Source: Candidatus Doudnabacteria bacterium (GTDB lineage: Bacteria > Patescibacteriota > Doudnabacteria > UBA920). From it: a stretch of 51,429 nt of DNA. The notes below the pieces were generated by a model that worked only from the letters and a program-made list of their open reading frames with translations, was not told where the DNA came from and searched no databases. Below are positions 8,745 through 18,451 of this stretch, in pieces. Numbering within the stretch: the stretch's first letter is position 1; every line of letters starts with the position of its first letter. Location: positions 1 through 51,429 of the forward strand of contig JAHFJI010000002.1 in NCBI GenBank assembly GCA_023245955.1. Direction: 5' to 3'. Made by a program: the position numbers and the translations under genes.

Positions 8745-10592
8745 TTATTTTACTATATAGACTGCTACTACGGCCTGACCAAACTTGTTTCGGACCTCAG
8801 TTTCTAAGCGTGTATTTGGGTGATACTGTTTAAATTTTTTAATATCAAAAATACTAGATTCAGTAAAAACAATTTTGTCTCCCTCTACAAGGCCATGCTT
8901 CCAAATAGGTTTGCCATCTTTTATATAGTCTGCATCTCGCCACGAGTCTTCCGGATCTACTTGGTTATAGGGCTTATTGGCAGGATTATCAATACAGCCA
9001 GCAGTCCTAAAATATGCTTCTCTATCACAAGAAGTAGTCCCATCTACTGTAGTTAAATAGTCAACTGTTTGTACAGAGAACTTATCCAGCACAAGATAAG
9101 TGTTATCCCGGTTCCCATGCTCTTTCATATACTCACTTACACTAGTTAGGTCAGACCTAAAAGCATAAAAGTTTTCTGCGCTATTAGCAGCATAAATAAA
9201 ATAGCTTGCATATGACTGTACTGGAATAGCAACCAAGAAACACACCAGTAGCAACTTCAGACTTTGCTTTAGCAATAGTTCCATACGAGGCGAGCCATGC
9301 GGATATTTTACTACCAAACCCCATATAAAACTACCTACTTTATATAGACCAAAAGCCGTTATGATAAACACCGCCGGTATAGTGCCAATACTTCTAAGGC
9401 CATGTGGGATTCCCTCAGCTGTAGTAATAACGGGCACTAAAAAACTAACAAACCATCCCATTAGAACAAAATGAGGGTACTTGTTTTTTTGCTTTATGGG
9501 AGAAAAGGTGTATCGCAAAGCTCGAAAAAACATAACTAGCAAGCCTAATGCAAAAAATGGAGAAACAACTGGAGACAAGAAAGGCAACCCAGAAATGTTA
9601 TGTCGCCAATTTAGGTCCCCATCCATAAAGTAAGCAGTAAGACTTAATCTGGAAGTTTCTAAGATGGTACCGACAAGGTCGCCATGATTCCAGTCTGGGT
9701 TAAATACACTTACTTGTCCGCTACGTCCGGCCAACCACTCCGGATGTTGATAAAAATATCGTCCGAGTGGATATATAACTATGATAAAACTAATTATACT
9801 CACAGCAAGTAGCGGTAAATATTTTTTGCTGACACCTCTGAATCCATCTGTTTTTAGGGCAGTTAGAAAAGGCCACAGGACTAGCAACCCGACCAATGGT
9901 AGCATAATCCTATAAGCTATGTAGGTGTAAAATCCGAGCGCCAAGGAAGCACCAAAGACAATACTCCACATGTATTGACGTGTGCGAGTTTTGGCAAAAT
10001 ATATACTAAATAGAGAAAGCAAGCACAAAGATGAAAACAAGGGGACTAAATTGGCTCTAAATGCAGTCCTAGATAAAACTATGTACCAGGTATTTGTAGC
10101 CATAATGAATCCAGCCAAAAGCGCAATGATAGTAGGTGCAAAGTACCCACTAGATACTGGTACTGGAGAGTTTCCCCCTTGTAACATGACAACTTCTTTT
10201 TGCAAACCAGTAGAAGCGAAGTTATCTTTGGCCTGTATTTTATCTGACACAGCAGTCTCGCTGGCGCCAAATGAAAACAGCTTTCTGGTAATTAGCAAAC
10301 ATAATATGGTAGAAATTATTCCCACCAGGGCAGATACTAGGTGATGGCTAAACGGACTCCTGCCAAACATCTTTACACTGGTCCAGAGCATATAGAAAAA
10401 CAAAGCCTCTCTACCATTTCCACGCTCATAAAATGGCTGCAAGTGACCTTGTTCCATTAGATTAATGTCTAGACCATTGGCGGCCTCATCTGGAAACAGG
10501 CCTCCAGGCATTGTATTTATTTGATACAGCCTAAAGAATATAGCTAGAGCCAAGACAGAGAAGACCAAAAAATAGTACTTTTTATTGTTCAC
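8745..10592 (-). CDS. GT-C fold glycosyltransferase (ArnT-like)
   Basis: FPDEAANGLD, SRTAFR and FYTYIAYR motifs; multi-TM. Confidence 0.85.
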   Translation of the reverse strand: MNNKKYYFLVFSVLALAIFFRLYQINTMPGGLFPDEAANGLDINLMEQGHLQPFYERGNGREALFFYMLWTSVKMFGRSPFSHHLVSALVGIISTILCLLITRKLFSFGASETAVSDKIQAKDNFASTGLQKEVVMLQGGNSPVPVSSGYFAPTIIALLAGFIMATNTWYIVLSRTAFRANLVPLFSSLCLLSLFSIYFAKTRTRQYMWSIVFGASLALGFYTYIAYRIMLPLVGLLVLWPFLTALKTDGFRGVSKKYLPLLAVSIISFIIVIYPLGRYFYQHPEWLAGRSGQVSVFNPDWNHGDLVGTILETSRLSLTAYFMDGDLNWRHNISGLPFLSPVVSPFFALGLLVMFFRALRYTFSPIKQKNKYPHFVLMGWFVSFLVPVITTAEGIPHGLRSIGTIPAVFIITAFGLYKVGSFIWGLVVKYPHGSPRMELLLKQSLKLLLVCFLVAIPVQSYASYFIYAANSAENFYAFRSDLTSVSEYMKEHGNRDNTYLVLDKFSVQTVDYLTTVDGTTSCDREAYFRTAGCIDNPANKPYNQVDPEDSWRDADYIKDGKPIWKHGLVEGDKIVFTESSIFDIKKFKQYHPNTRLETEVRNKFGQAVVAVYIVK

Positions 10593-10730
10593 GTTTGTAT
10601 TGATTTTTTATTAATTTTTAAGTATAATGTAGTAATCAAATTAACAAATAAACAATTTAGCAGAAATACAAGATAGCCATACTGCCACTGTCACATGCTT
10701 AGTTGTTAATATGTTAAATTGATTGCGACT

Positions 10731-11069
10731 ATGGAGCAAAGCCAAAAAAACTACTCAAATATTTTTTTCATAATTAGTGCTATTACAAATATAATAACAT
10801 GTTTTGTTGTGTGGCACTATGTAAAGATCACAGGGCCTGTAGCGCCCCTCCATTACAATGTAGTTAGCGGTTTTGATGAAATAGGTAAAACCACCGTAGT
10901 ATATGAGTTGCCAATCTTTGGTTTTATTATCCTATTTTTAAACCTTTTTATCTCTAAATACTTTACTAGGCTCGGGTCCTATATTGGAGTTACTACTTCT
11001 GCTACTTCTGCATTCGTAAGTTTGCTATTACTATTTAATGCGTTGTTCCTCTGGCAAGTAGCAGGATAA
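10731..11069 (+). CDS. Membrane protein (three TM, PLHYN motif)
   Basis: Hydrophobic ORF directly upstream of the GT2 gene; ATG 10731 preferred. Confidence 0.65.
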   Translation: MEQSQKNYSNIFFIISAITNIITCFVVWHYVKITGPVAPLHYNVVSGFDEIGKTTVVYELPIFGFIILFLNLFISKYFTRLGSYIGVTTSATSAFVSLLLLFNALFLWQVAG

Positions 11070-11076
11070 TCAATGT

Positions 11077-12753
11077 ATGTTTAGAAAAAGAACGCTCAGG
11101 GAAAGATTCTGGGAAATTTTACCTGGCCTACAATTTTGGCTGGTTTGTTTTGGTTCTATTGCGCTTGCATCCTTCAGGCCTGTTTGGGCGTCGGTTTTTA
11201 TTATTTGCTTTGACTTATACTGGGTTTTAAAAGCCTGCAATGTTGGCCTTCATTTATTTTCCAGCTATAGAATATTCCGAGTACATGTAACCCTAAACTG
11301 GCTAGACAGAGTCAAGTCCTTGGAAGCAGACCCAAATGGCTTTATAAATAAATTAAAATCGGATAGCTACCTGGACAAACGTAGTGTAGCTAGGACATAT
11401 TTCGCAAAAGAAGCTAAAAGACTGGAGAGCTTTTTCCCCACCCGCACCAAGCGACCAGGCTTTGAAGATATTTATCACATAGTACTGTTTCCATTTGTAG
11501 ATGAGTCCGTAGAAGTGCTATCTACTACTTTTGATGCACTCATGTCCATTAACTATCCGCACGAGAAAATGTTGATAGTTTTGGCTAGCGAGGAACGAGC
11601 AGGCGAGCCAGCCCAAGATACCGCTCGTGCCATTAAGGAAAAGTACTCTGGAGAGTTTGGGAACTTTTTTGTAACCATTCATCCAGACGGCCTAGATGGA
11701 GAAATAAAAGGTAAAAGTGCCAACGCAAGCTGGGCTGTGGGAGCAATATTACCCGAACTGGAAAGACTAGGAATTCCGGAAAAGAATGTGATAGTTTCCA
11801 ATTTTGACAGCGATACTGTGGTACATCCAGAATACCTTGCTCGCGTAACTTACGAATTTTTAACTGCGGAGAAGCCATACAGATCCAGCTACCAACCTAT
11901 AGCTATTTATAATAACAATATCTGGGACGCACCAGCCTTTATTCGGGTAGTTTCTGTGTCTAACTCATTTTGGCAATTTACCGAAAGTAGCAGGCCGGAC
12001 CGCTTGCGGACTTTTTCCTCGCATTCTATGACCTTACAGGCTTTAAGCGAGATAGGTTTTTGGAAAAAGGACTTAATTAATGAAGACGGCTTTATTTATT
12101 GGCAATGCTACTTGCACTACAAAGGTGATTATAAAGTAGTGCCACTTTTCGTGCCCATAAGCCTAGACACTTGCTTAGCCGATACTACCTGGCAAACCTT
12201 TAAAAACCAATATAAACAAAAAAAACGTTGGGCCTACAATGTGGAATATTACCCCCACCTAGTTCCGAAACTGCTTTTTGGCGACGCCCCACTCTGGGAC
12301 AGACTATATAAACTATTCCAGTACGTAGAGGGTAACTTTAACTGGGCCACAGCTAGCGTACTTATTTCTACCCTTGGACTACTTCCTCTATTCCTAGGTG
12401 GGCAGGAGTTTTTGGACAGTGTAGTAGCTTACAATCTACCCGCAGTAACCAAGAACTTAATGCGTGTAGCTTTTGTGTTTATATTCTTTAGCATCTATGT
12501 AAACTTAGTACTCTTACCACCCAGACCCGCCAAGTATGGAAAATGGAAAAGTGTTATGATGTACTTACAGTGGCTTTTAGTCCCGTTTGTGTCAGTAGTC
12601 TTTGGGAGCATCCCTGCTATTGAAGCACAAACCAGGCTCATGCTAGGTCGCTACATGGAATTCTGGGTAACCCCCAAGCACAGAAAAGGGGAGAGCACGG
12701 GATTGCACATGAAAGAAATGAAAACTAATCAAGATAACAATTTAACAATTTAA
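11077..12753 (+). CDS. Membrane glycosyltransferase family 2
   Basis: KGKSAN, FDSD, NED and QKKRW motifs of processive GT2 enzymes. Confidence 0.85.
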   Translation: MFRKRTLRERFWEILPGLQFWLVCFGSIALASFRPVWASVFIICFDLYWVLKACNVGLHLFSSYRIFRVHVTLNWLDRVKSLEADPNGFINKLKSDSYLDKRSVARTYFAKEAKRLESFFPTRTKRPGFEDIYHIVLFPFVDESVEVLSTTFDALMSINYPHEKMLIVLASEERAGEPAQDTARAIKEKYSGEFGNFFVTIHPDGLDGEIKGKSANASWAVGAILPELERLGIPEKNVIVSNFDSDTVVHPEYLARVTYEFLTAEKPYRSSYQPIAIYNNNIWDAPAFIRVVSVSNSFWQFTESSRPDRLRTFSSHSMTLQALSEIGFWKKDLINEDGFIYWQCYLHYKGDYKVVPLFVPISLDTCLADTTWQTFKNQYKQKKRWAYNVEYYPHLVPKLLFGDAPLWDRLYKLFQYVEGNFNWATASVLISTLGLLPLFLGGQEFLDSVVAYNLPAVTKNLMRVAFVFIFFSIYVNLVLLPPRPAKYGKWKSVMMYLQWLLVPFVSVVFGSIPAIEAQTRLMLGRYMEFWVTPKHRKGESTGLHMKEMKTNQDNNLTI

Positions 12754-12815
12754 CAATAAAGCATATTTGCTCTTTTGTATTTGTTGTTAAATTGTTAAGT
12801 TGTTAAATTGTTTAA

Positions 12816-13880
12816 ATGATAATCTATCTCTTATATTTTGTCTGCAGTTTATTTCTTGCGCTACTAATTACACCCCAGGTAAAACGCTTGGCGGTATATC
12901 TTGGTTGCGTAGACAAACCCATCCTGTCAAGAAAAATACATACCAGTCAAATGCCCATGCTAGGAGGCTTGGGTGTTTTTATTTGCTCAGTAGTAGTAAT
13001 AGGATTAATCGTACTTGCAGGACATTGGAATTTCGATGTTGTACCATTGCGTTTTTTGCTAGCTATAATGTTAGGTGGTATCGTGTTGATGTTTGGCGGA
13101 TATTTAGATGATAAATTTACATTACCCGCAAAAATATCTTGGTTGTTTCCAGCTTTGGCAGGTTTAATTATAGTAAGCAGTGGCATTGGAATAGGCATAA
13201 CGGTACTCACCAATCCACTAGGGGGGAACATACCACTTTCTGGTAAAATTTTAGGCCTACCTTTATCTGGACTCTTTGTTTGGATATGGATAATGGGCAT
13301 GACTTATACGACTAAACTTCTAGATGGTCTAGACGGGCTAGCCGCAGGAGTCGCACTAATTGGCGGGTTAGTCATGTTCACCCTCTCGCTTACAGATAAA
13401 ATTGATCAACCTACTACAGCAACCTTAGCAATTATATTTGTAGGCGCTTTGGCTGGATATCTATTTTATGCCTTTAACCCAGCATCTATTTTTCTAGGCG
13501 AAGGAGGAAGTACTTATCTGGGTTTTTTCTTAGCTGTATTATCAGTACTTACAGGAGCTAAAATTGCCACTGCAGTTCTAGTTATGGGTATCCCCATTTT
13601 TGACGTGATCTGGGCCATTATTAGACGTATTTATAGGAAAACTAGTCCTTTTAAAGCCGACCGCGAACATTTACACCATTTACTCCTAGATTCTGGGCTC
13701 AGCCAACGTCAGGCTGTGCTCATCTTTTACGCGCTATCGGCCATATTTGGCTTTATGGCAGTCTTTTTGCAGAGTATGGGGAAACTCCTGGCCCTGGGCA
13801 TTTTATTGGCTCTAATGGTAGGAATTTTAGGTTTTTTGGCTTCTTTCTACAAAAAGAAGCAATTACAAGTCAAAAGTTGA
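12816..13880 (+). CDS. WecA/TagO-like undecaprenyl-phosphate GlcNAc-1-P transferase (MraY family)
   Basis: RKIH, GYLDD, LDGLDGLA, FLGEGG and DREHLHH motifs. Confidence 0.88.
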   Translation: MIIYLLYFVCSLFLALLITPQVKRLAVYLGCVDKPILSRKIHTSQMPMLGGLGVFICSVVVIGLIVLAGHWNFDVVPLRFLLAIMLGGIVLMFGGYLDDKFTLPAKISWLFPALAGLIIVSSGIGIGITVLTNPLGGNIPLSGKILGLPLSGLFVWIWIMGMTYTTKLLDGLDGLAAGVALIGGLVMFTLSLTDKIDQPTTATLAIIFVGALAGYLFYAFNPASIFLGEGGSTYLGFFLAVLSVLTGAKIATAVLVMGIPIFDVIWAIIRRIYRKTSPFKADREHLHHLLLDSGLSQRQAVLIFYALSAIFGFMAVFLQSMGKLLALGILLALMVGILGFLASFYKKKQLQVKS

Positions 13881-13905
13881 CCTATTTGGTTAGATTCTGT
13901 ATTAT
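13877..13905 (+). promoter_or_regulatory. Putative sigma70 promoter of rplU
   Basis: TTGACC-17bp-TATTAT. Confidence 0.5.
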
Positions 13906-13947
13906 ATATTGGTGTTTGCATAAGTATTTTTACTTAATTCTTCTTAT

Positions 13948-14253
13948 ATGATCGCAGTAATAGAAACCGGCGGGAAACAATATTTAGTTTCCACAGGTAG
14001 CAAAGTCCAAATTGAAAAACTAGAAGGCCTAAAAGGCGATACGCTAAAGTTTGACAAAGTCTTATTTACAGCTGAAGGTAGCAAGTACACAGTGGGTAAG
14101 CCATACATATCGGGTGCCTCTGTAGAAGCTACTATCATTCGCCAAGGTCGTGGTAAAAAGATTGAAGTACTTAAGTACAAAGCCAAATCCAAGTACCGTA
14201 GAAAAATTGGCCACAGACAAAGTTATACCGAAATAGAAGTAACGAAGATATAA
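13948..14253 (+). CDS. rplU: 50S ribosomal protein L21
   Basis: AVIETGGKQY and GHRQ motifs. Confidence 0.97.
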   Translation: MIAVIETGGKQYLVSTGSKVQIEKLEGLKGDTLKFDKVLFTAEGSKYTVGKPYISGASVEATIIRQGRGKKIEVLKYKAKSKYRRKIGHRQSYTEIEVTKI

Positions 14254-14255
14254 TA

Positions 14256-14282
14256 TAAAAGACTCCTCAGCGGAGTCTTTTA
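14256..14282. terminator. Intrinsic terminator after rplU
   Basis: TAAAAGACTCC-TCAGC-GGAGTCTTTTA. Confidence 0.7.
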
Positions 14283-14312
14283 TTAATACATCACAAATCT
14301 ATTGTGGCATTT

Positions 14313-14678
14313 ATCTTCCCCCTATGGGGGAAGTACCCTGATGTTGCATTAGGGGGATGAGGGTTTAAACCTGCTTAGCTAATAAAACATATATTAGTCT
14401 ATCTAATACACCTTCTAGATTACTAGGCCTCTTGCATATACTTTAGCCTTGTCATTCTCCCGACTCCGAGTCGGGAAGCCGGAATCCAGGTTTATCCCTG
14501 ACTTTTAGCCTGGATTCCGGATAATTGCTCGAGGACTCGAAATTTCGGGAATGACAGAGTTGGGTTACGCAAGAAGTCTACTATCTAATTCATTTACTTC
14601 TTAAAAAATACCACAACTTAAAGAAACCCTCTCTGTTCCGACTCCGAGTCGGAACATCTCCCCCAAAGGTGGAGAGAA
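14313..14678. repeat. Nested palindromic repeat cluster
   Basis: Outer hairpin pair at 14313-14365 and 14626-14678; TAGGCCTCTTGCATA...TACGCAAGAAGTCTA ends (14424-14580); family B core at 14451-14555. Confidence 0.65.
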
Positions 14679-14689
14679 AGAAAAGTTAA

Positions 14690-15301
14690 TTAATATTCTC
14701 TTCTCCCTTCCATCGCTCGCGTGAGCGTAATTTCATCTGCATACTCAAGGTCACCACCAGTTGGGATACCACGGGCGATGCGGGTAAGTTTAAGTTCTGG
14801 GAATTTTGACCGCAGTAGTTTAGAAATATACATAGCCGTAGTCTCGCCCTCAAGAGTTGGGTTAGTCGCGATAATAATCTCCTGAATACTTGGTTCTTGA
14901 TTTGTGATTCTAGATTCCAGTGAAGCTATAGCAAGCTTGTCTGCCCCTATCCCTTCCATCGGGTTCAGCACTCCACCGAGTACATGGAACACACCCCGGA
15001 ATGTACCGGATTTATCTATGGCAACAGCATCTAGCGATTCTTCTACGACACAAACCAAACCTTGGTCACGACTGGAGTTTAGACAGATGGTGCAAGTAGG
15101 GGAGTCGGACATAATATGGCAGACTGCACAAAAAATAACTCCTTCTTTGAGCTTGGAAATACTTTCAGAAAAAATATCTAGCTCTATCGGTTCTCGTTTG
15201 AGTAAGTAAAAAACCAGCCGCTGAGCAGACCTGGGTCCAATACCGGGAAGTTTACTAAACTCATTTATAGCCTTAGCTAAAGATTTTGGTAGAGAAGTCA
15301 T
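14690..15301 (-). CDS. recR: Recombination protein RecR
   Basis: LPGIGPRSAQR, C4 zinc finger, ATNPTLEGETT and GGDLEYAD. Confidence 0.97.
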   Translation of the reverse strand: MTSLPKSLAKAINEFSKLPGIGPRSAQRLVFYLLKREPIELDIFSESISKLKEGVIFCAVCHIMSDSPTCTICLNSSRDQGLVCVVEESLDAVAIDKSGTFRGVFHVLGGVLNPMEGIGADKLAIASLESRITNQEPSIQEIIIATNPTLEGETTAMYISKLLRSKFPELKLTRIARGIPTGGDLEYADEITLTRAMEGRREY

Positions 15302-15304
15302 AAC

Positions 15305-16717
15305 TTATGGCTCTCTGCTCACGTCTAATGACTGCATAACCGCTTGTGGACTCATGTCGTAAGTTTTGCTTAAGTTTTTAAAGCTGGCTTTTTCCGCGTC
15401 AAAGAACAGCTCCACTTGGCCAACTGGACCATTGCGGTGTTTTTTTACGTGCACCTCGGCGATGTTGGGCTTACGTGAGTCGCGGCCTTTGTACATGTCT
15501 TCACGGTATATAAACATAACCACGTCTGCATCCTGCTCTATACTTCCAGACTCACGTAAGTCGGAGAGTTGCGGAACTTTATCTGGCCTACTTTCTACTC
15601 CACGGTTTAACTGAGACAGTACCAAGACCGGCACATTTAGCTCACGAGCAAGAATCTTTAAGTTACGTGAAATCTCACTAACTTCCTGCACCCGGTTATC
15701 GGAATTACCGGTACCACGCCCCTGCATAAGTTGTAAGTAGTCTATTACCAACAGGCTTATACCATGCTCGCTTTGAAGTCTCCTAGCCTTGGTGCGAACT
15801 TCCATAATATTTGCACCCGATGCATCGTCTATGTATATAGGTGCCTCACTTAGCGCGCCCATTGCCTCACCGAGCAGACTAAAATCATCTTCGCTTAAGT
15901 GCCCGGTACGAATCTTAAACAAATCCACTCCGCTCTGAGAAGACAAGAGCCTGTCTACCAGTTCATCCTTGCTCATTTCCAGCGAGAACATACCTACAGG
16001 TTTTTTTTGGTCTACACCAATATACCGAATAATATCCAAGGCCAAAGAAGTTTTGCCCATGGATGGCCTAGCTGCAAGTATTACCAAGTTAGACTTCTGC
16101 AATCCACTTAGTAGCTTATCTAAGTCTAAAAACCCAGTAGGTACTCCGCGCATAGTACTGCCATCTCTATGAAGCTCGTCTATGCGCTCAAATGTCTCGT
16201 GCAGAATAGTGTTTATGGCGATAAAGTTTTGCTTGAGATGTTTTTGCGATACAGAAAACAGCCTCTGTTCTGCCTTGTCTAAAATATCTTCTATTTCGCC
16301 ATCTTCTTTGTAAGCTACCCGGGTAATCTCTGTGGCGCTATCTATAAGTCTCCTTAGTGTGCCTTTTTTTCGGACTATATTTGCATAGTGAGCCACGTGA
16401 GCTGCTGTGGGCACAGCGTTGACCAGGCTGGTAATGTAAGCGGCGCCCCCGGCCTTGTCCATGAGTTTTTGTTCTTCCAGTAAGTTAGAAACGGTTAGAA
16501 TGTCTATGGAGATGGTTCGTTCAAACAAATCTAGGATAGCATTGTAAATTACTTTATGCCGGCCGTCATAAAAATCTTCGGAGATAAGTATATCTGCAAC
16601 CTTAATAATTCCATCCTTGTCTAGCATGAGACAACCCAGCACTGACTGCTCAGCATCTAGGTTTTGCGGTGGTAGTTTGTCTAATGCAGAAATGGTTACT
16701 TGGTTCATATTGTTCAC
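15305..16717 (-). CDS. dnaB: Replicative DNA helicase
   Basis: PPQNLDAEQSVLG, AARPSMGKT, IDYLQL and LRESGSIEQDAD; the start may be ATG 16708. Confidence 0.97.
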   Translation of the reverse strand: MNNMNQVTISALDKLPPQNLDAEQSVLGCLMLDKDGIIKVADILISEDFYDGRHKVIYNAILDLFERTISIDILTVSNLLEEQKLMDKAGGAAYITSLVNAVPTAAHVAHYANIVRKKGTLRRLIDSATEITRVAYKEDGEIEDILDKAEQRLFSVSQKHLKQNFIAINTILHETFERIDELHRDGSTMRGVPTGFLDLDKLLSGLQKSNLVILAARPSMGKTSLALDIIRYIGVDQKKPVGMFSLEMSKDELVDRLLSSQSGVDLFKIRTGHLSEDDFSLLGEAMGALSEAPIYIDDASGANIMEVRTKARRLQSEHGISLLVIDYLQLMQGRGTGNSDNRVQEVSEISRNLKILARELNVPVLVLSQLNRGVESRPDKVPQLSDLRESGSIEQDADVVMFIYREDMYKGRDSRKPNIAEVHVKKHRNGPVGQVELFFDAEKASFKNLSKTYDMSPQAVMQSLDVSREP

Positions 16718-16764
16718 GGATACACGAATAACACGGATTACACAGATGTTTACCTACTCAATCT

Positions 16765-16805
16765 GTCATTGCGAGGAGTAAGTCTGCGAGCGACGTGGCA
16801 ATCTC
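16765..16805 (+). repeat. Half copy of palindromic family A (GTCATTGCGAGG...GACGTGGCAATCT)
   Basis: Matches the arms at 23224, 28685 and 51229. Confidence 0.7.
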
Positions 16806-16939
16806 TAATGCAAATTTACAATCTCTAACTGTAAAAATCTGTATTTAGATTCTAGCACAATAAAACAGGTTAACTCATTGACAATAGGCAACTAATACCG
16901 TGAAGTCTGTGGCTAACCTGTTTCTATGCTGTGGAATAT

Positions 16940-18349
16940 CTATTTTGCTTTAATCTGTTGGCCTTCGGGAGTATCTAAGACTTCAAATCCTTGAGCCTCT
17001 ATTTGGGCGCGGAGTTCATCAGATTTACTAAAGTCTTTGGTTGCCCGGGCTTGTTTACGAGCGTCCAGTAAGCTTTGTACTTCTGCTGTTACTTTTAGTT
17101 CTACAGCAGGGGAGTGGTGTTCTAAGTTTAAACCAAGCACAGGGTCTATTTCTAAGAGTATTGCCCGCTTGCTAGAATCTTCTACTTGCGCATCAGCCAA
17201 GAGCTCCCACACAATGGCCAAAGCCTTAGGCAGATTTAAATCTTCCTCTACTGCGCTCTTAAATTTATTTATATATGTCTCATAGGCATTCTCTGCCGTA
17301 TGCAGCTTCTTTCCAAGCTCCAAAGAGTCAAACTGCCTATAAAGTCTCTCCAGCGCAGTGTTCGCCGCCTCTAAGCTTTCCCAGGTAAAGTTCATGGGTT
17401 TGTGGAAATCGGTTTGCAAACACAGGTAACGAAAAGCCAGCCCATTTAATGGGTGCTTGCCAGTTAAGTCTTTCAATGCGTAGACGTTGCCATCCCGCTT
17501 AGCCATTTTCTTACCGTCTATTTGCAGGTGCTCGGAGTGAGCCCAGGCATGAGAAAAAGGCTTGTAGAAAGGTTGACTCTGGGCTATCTCGTTAGTGTGG
17601 TGGGGGAATACCAAGTCCACACCACCCGTGTGCAAGTCTGTGGACTGGTGCTTGAAAGCTATGTCGTTTATAACCGAACACTCTATGTGCCAGCCGGGAC
17701 GGCCTTTACCAAGCGTAAGGTGCTCCCAGTAAATGTTAGCGTCTTCCGACGTGTGTTTTTTCCAGAGCGCAAAATCACTAAGATTATCCTTTTCGTATTC
17801 ATCTACTTTTACTCTTGCGCCTACTTTTTTACCTTCCAAAAAACCCTTACCCACAAGCTGGCCGTAGTCACCAAAGTCCTGTTGGTATTTTTCTATATTA
17901 AAGTACGTACCGTCTTCGGTTTGATAGGCGTAGCCTTTTTCTACAAGCTTTAAAATGTATTCTTGAATTTGAGGAATAACATCGGCCACACGAATAAATC
18001 GAATAGAAGCAGTATCTATCTGCAAACTCTGAAGCTCCTGCAAAAAAATGTCTAAATATTTAGTCGTAAACGTTCTTAGATTGTCTACTGTCGCTTCTGG
18101 ACCAAATTCCGCTATGGTACCTTTTATAGTTTTGTCGTCTACATCGGTAATGTTCATAACCCAATCCACTGAGTTACCTACGTACTCCAAGCTCCTGCGA
18201 ATGCTGTCTGCAAATAAAAAACTACGCAAGTTACCAATATGCGCAAAGTTGTATACAGTAGGACCGCATGAGTAAAGATTAAACTTGTCTTCTGGATTTT
18301 TGGGAGCCAATTCCTTGTCCGTCTTGCTTAGCGTATCGTAAAGTTTCAT
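16940..18349 (-). CDS. cysS: Cysteine--tRNA ligase
   Basis: CGPTVY, HIGN, GRPGWHIECS, FPHHTNE and KMAK motifs. Confidence 0.97.
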   Translation of the reverse strand: MKLYDTLSKTDKELAPKNPEDKFNLYSCGPTVYNFAHIGNLRSFLFADSIRRSLEYVGNSVDWVMNITDVDDKTIKGTIAEFGPEATVDNLRTFTTKYLDIFLQELQSLQIDTASIRFIRVADVIPQIQEYILKLVEKGYAYQTEDGTYFNIEKYQQDFGDYGQLVGKGFLEGKKVGARVKVDEYEKDNLSDFALWKKHTSEDANIYWEHLTLGKGRPGWHIECSVINDIAFKHQSTDLHTGGVDLVFPHHTNEIAQSQPFYKPFSHAWAHSEHLQIDGKKMAKRDGNVYALKDLTGKHPLNGLAFRYLCLQTDFHKPMNFTWESLEAANTALERLYRQFDSLELGKKLHTAENAYETYINKFKSAVEEDLNLPKALAIVWELLADAQVEDSSKRAILLEIDPVLGLNLEHHSPAVELKVTAEVQSLLDARKQARATKDFSKSDELRAQIEAQGFEVLDTPEGQQIKAK

Positions 18350-18397
18350 ATACGAATACTATCATAGCCTATAGCTATCCTCAAGCCTAGTCCAACA

Positions 18398-18433
18398 TGT
18401 GCTTAATTTTCACGGCCGTGAAAATTAAGCACA
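18398..18433. repeat. 36-bp perfect loopless palindrome
   Basis: TGTGCTTAATTTTCACGG-CCGTGAAAATTAAGCACA. Confidence 0.85.
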
Positions 18434-18451
18434 GATAAGTAAGGGTGCCTA

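Noticed and set aside
6740..10270. Polar insertions in the two GT-C proteins as palindromic-element insertions
   Set aside because: The underlying DNA shows no palindrome and no match to the repeat families.
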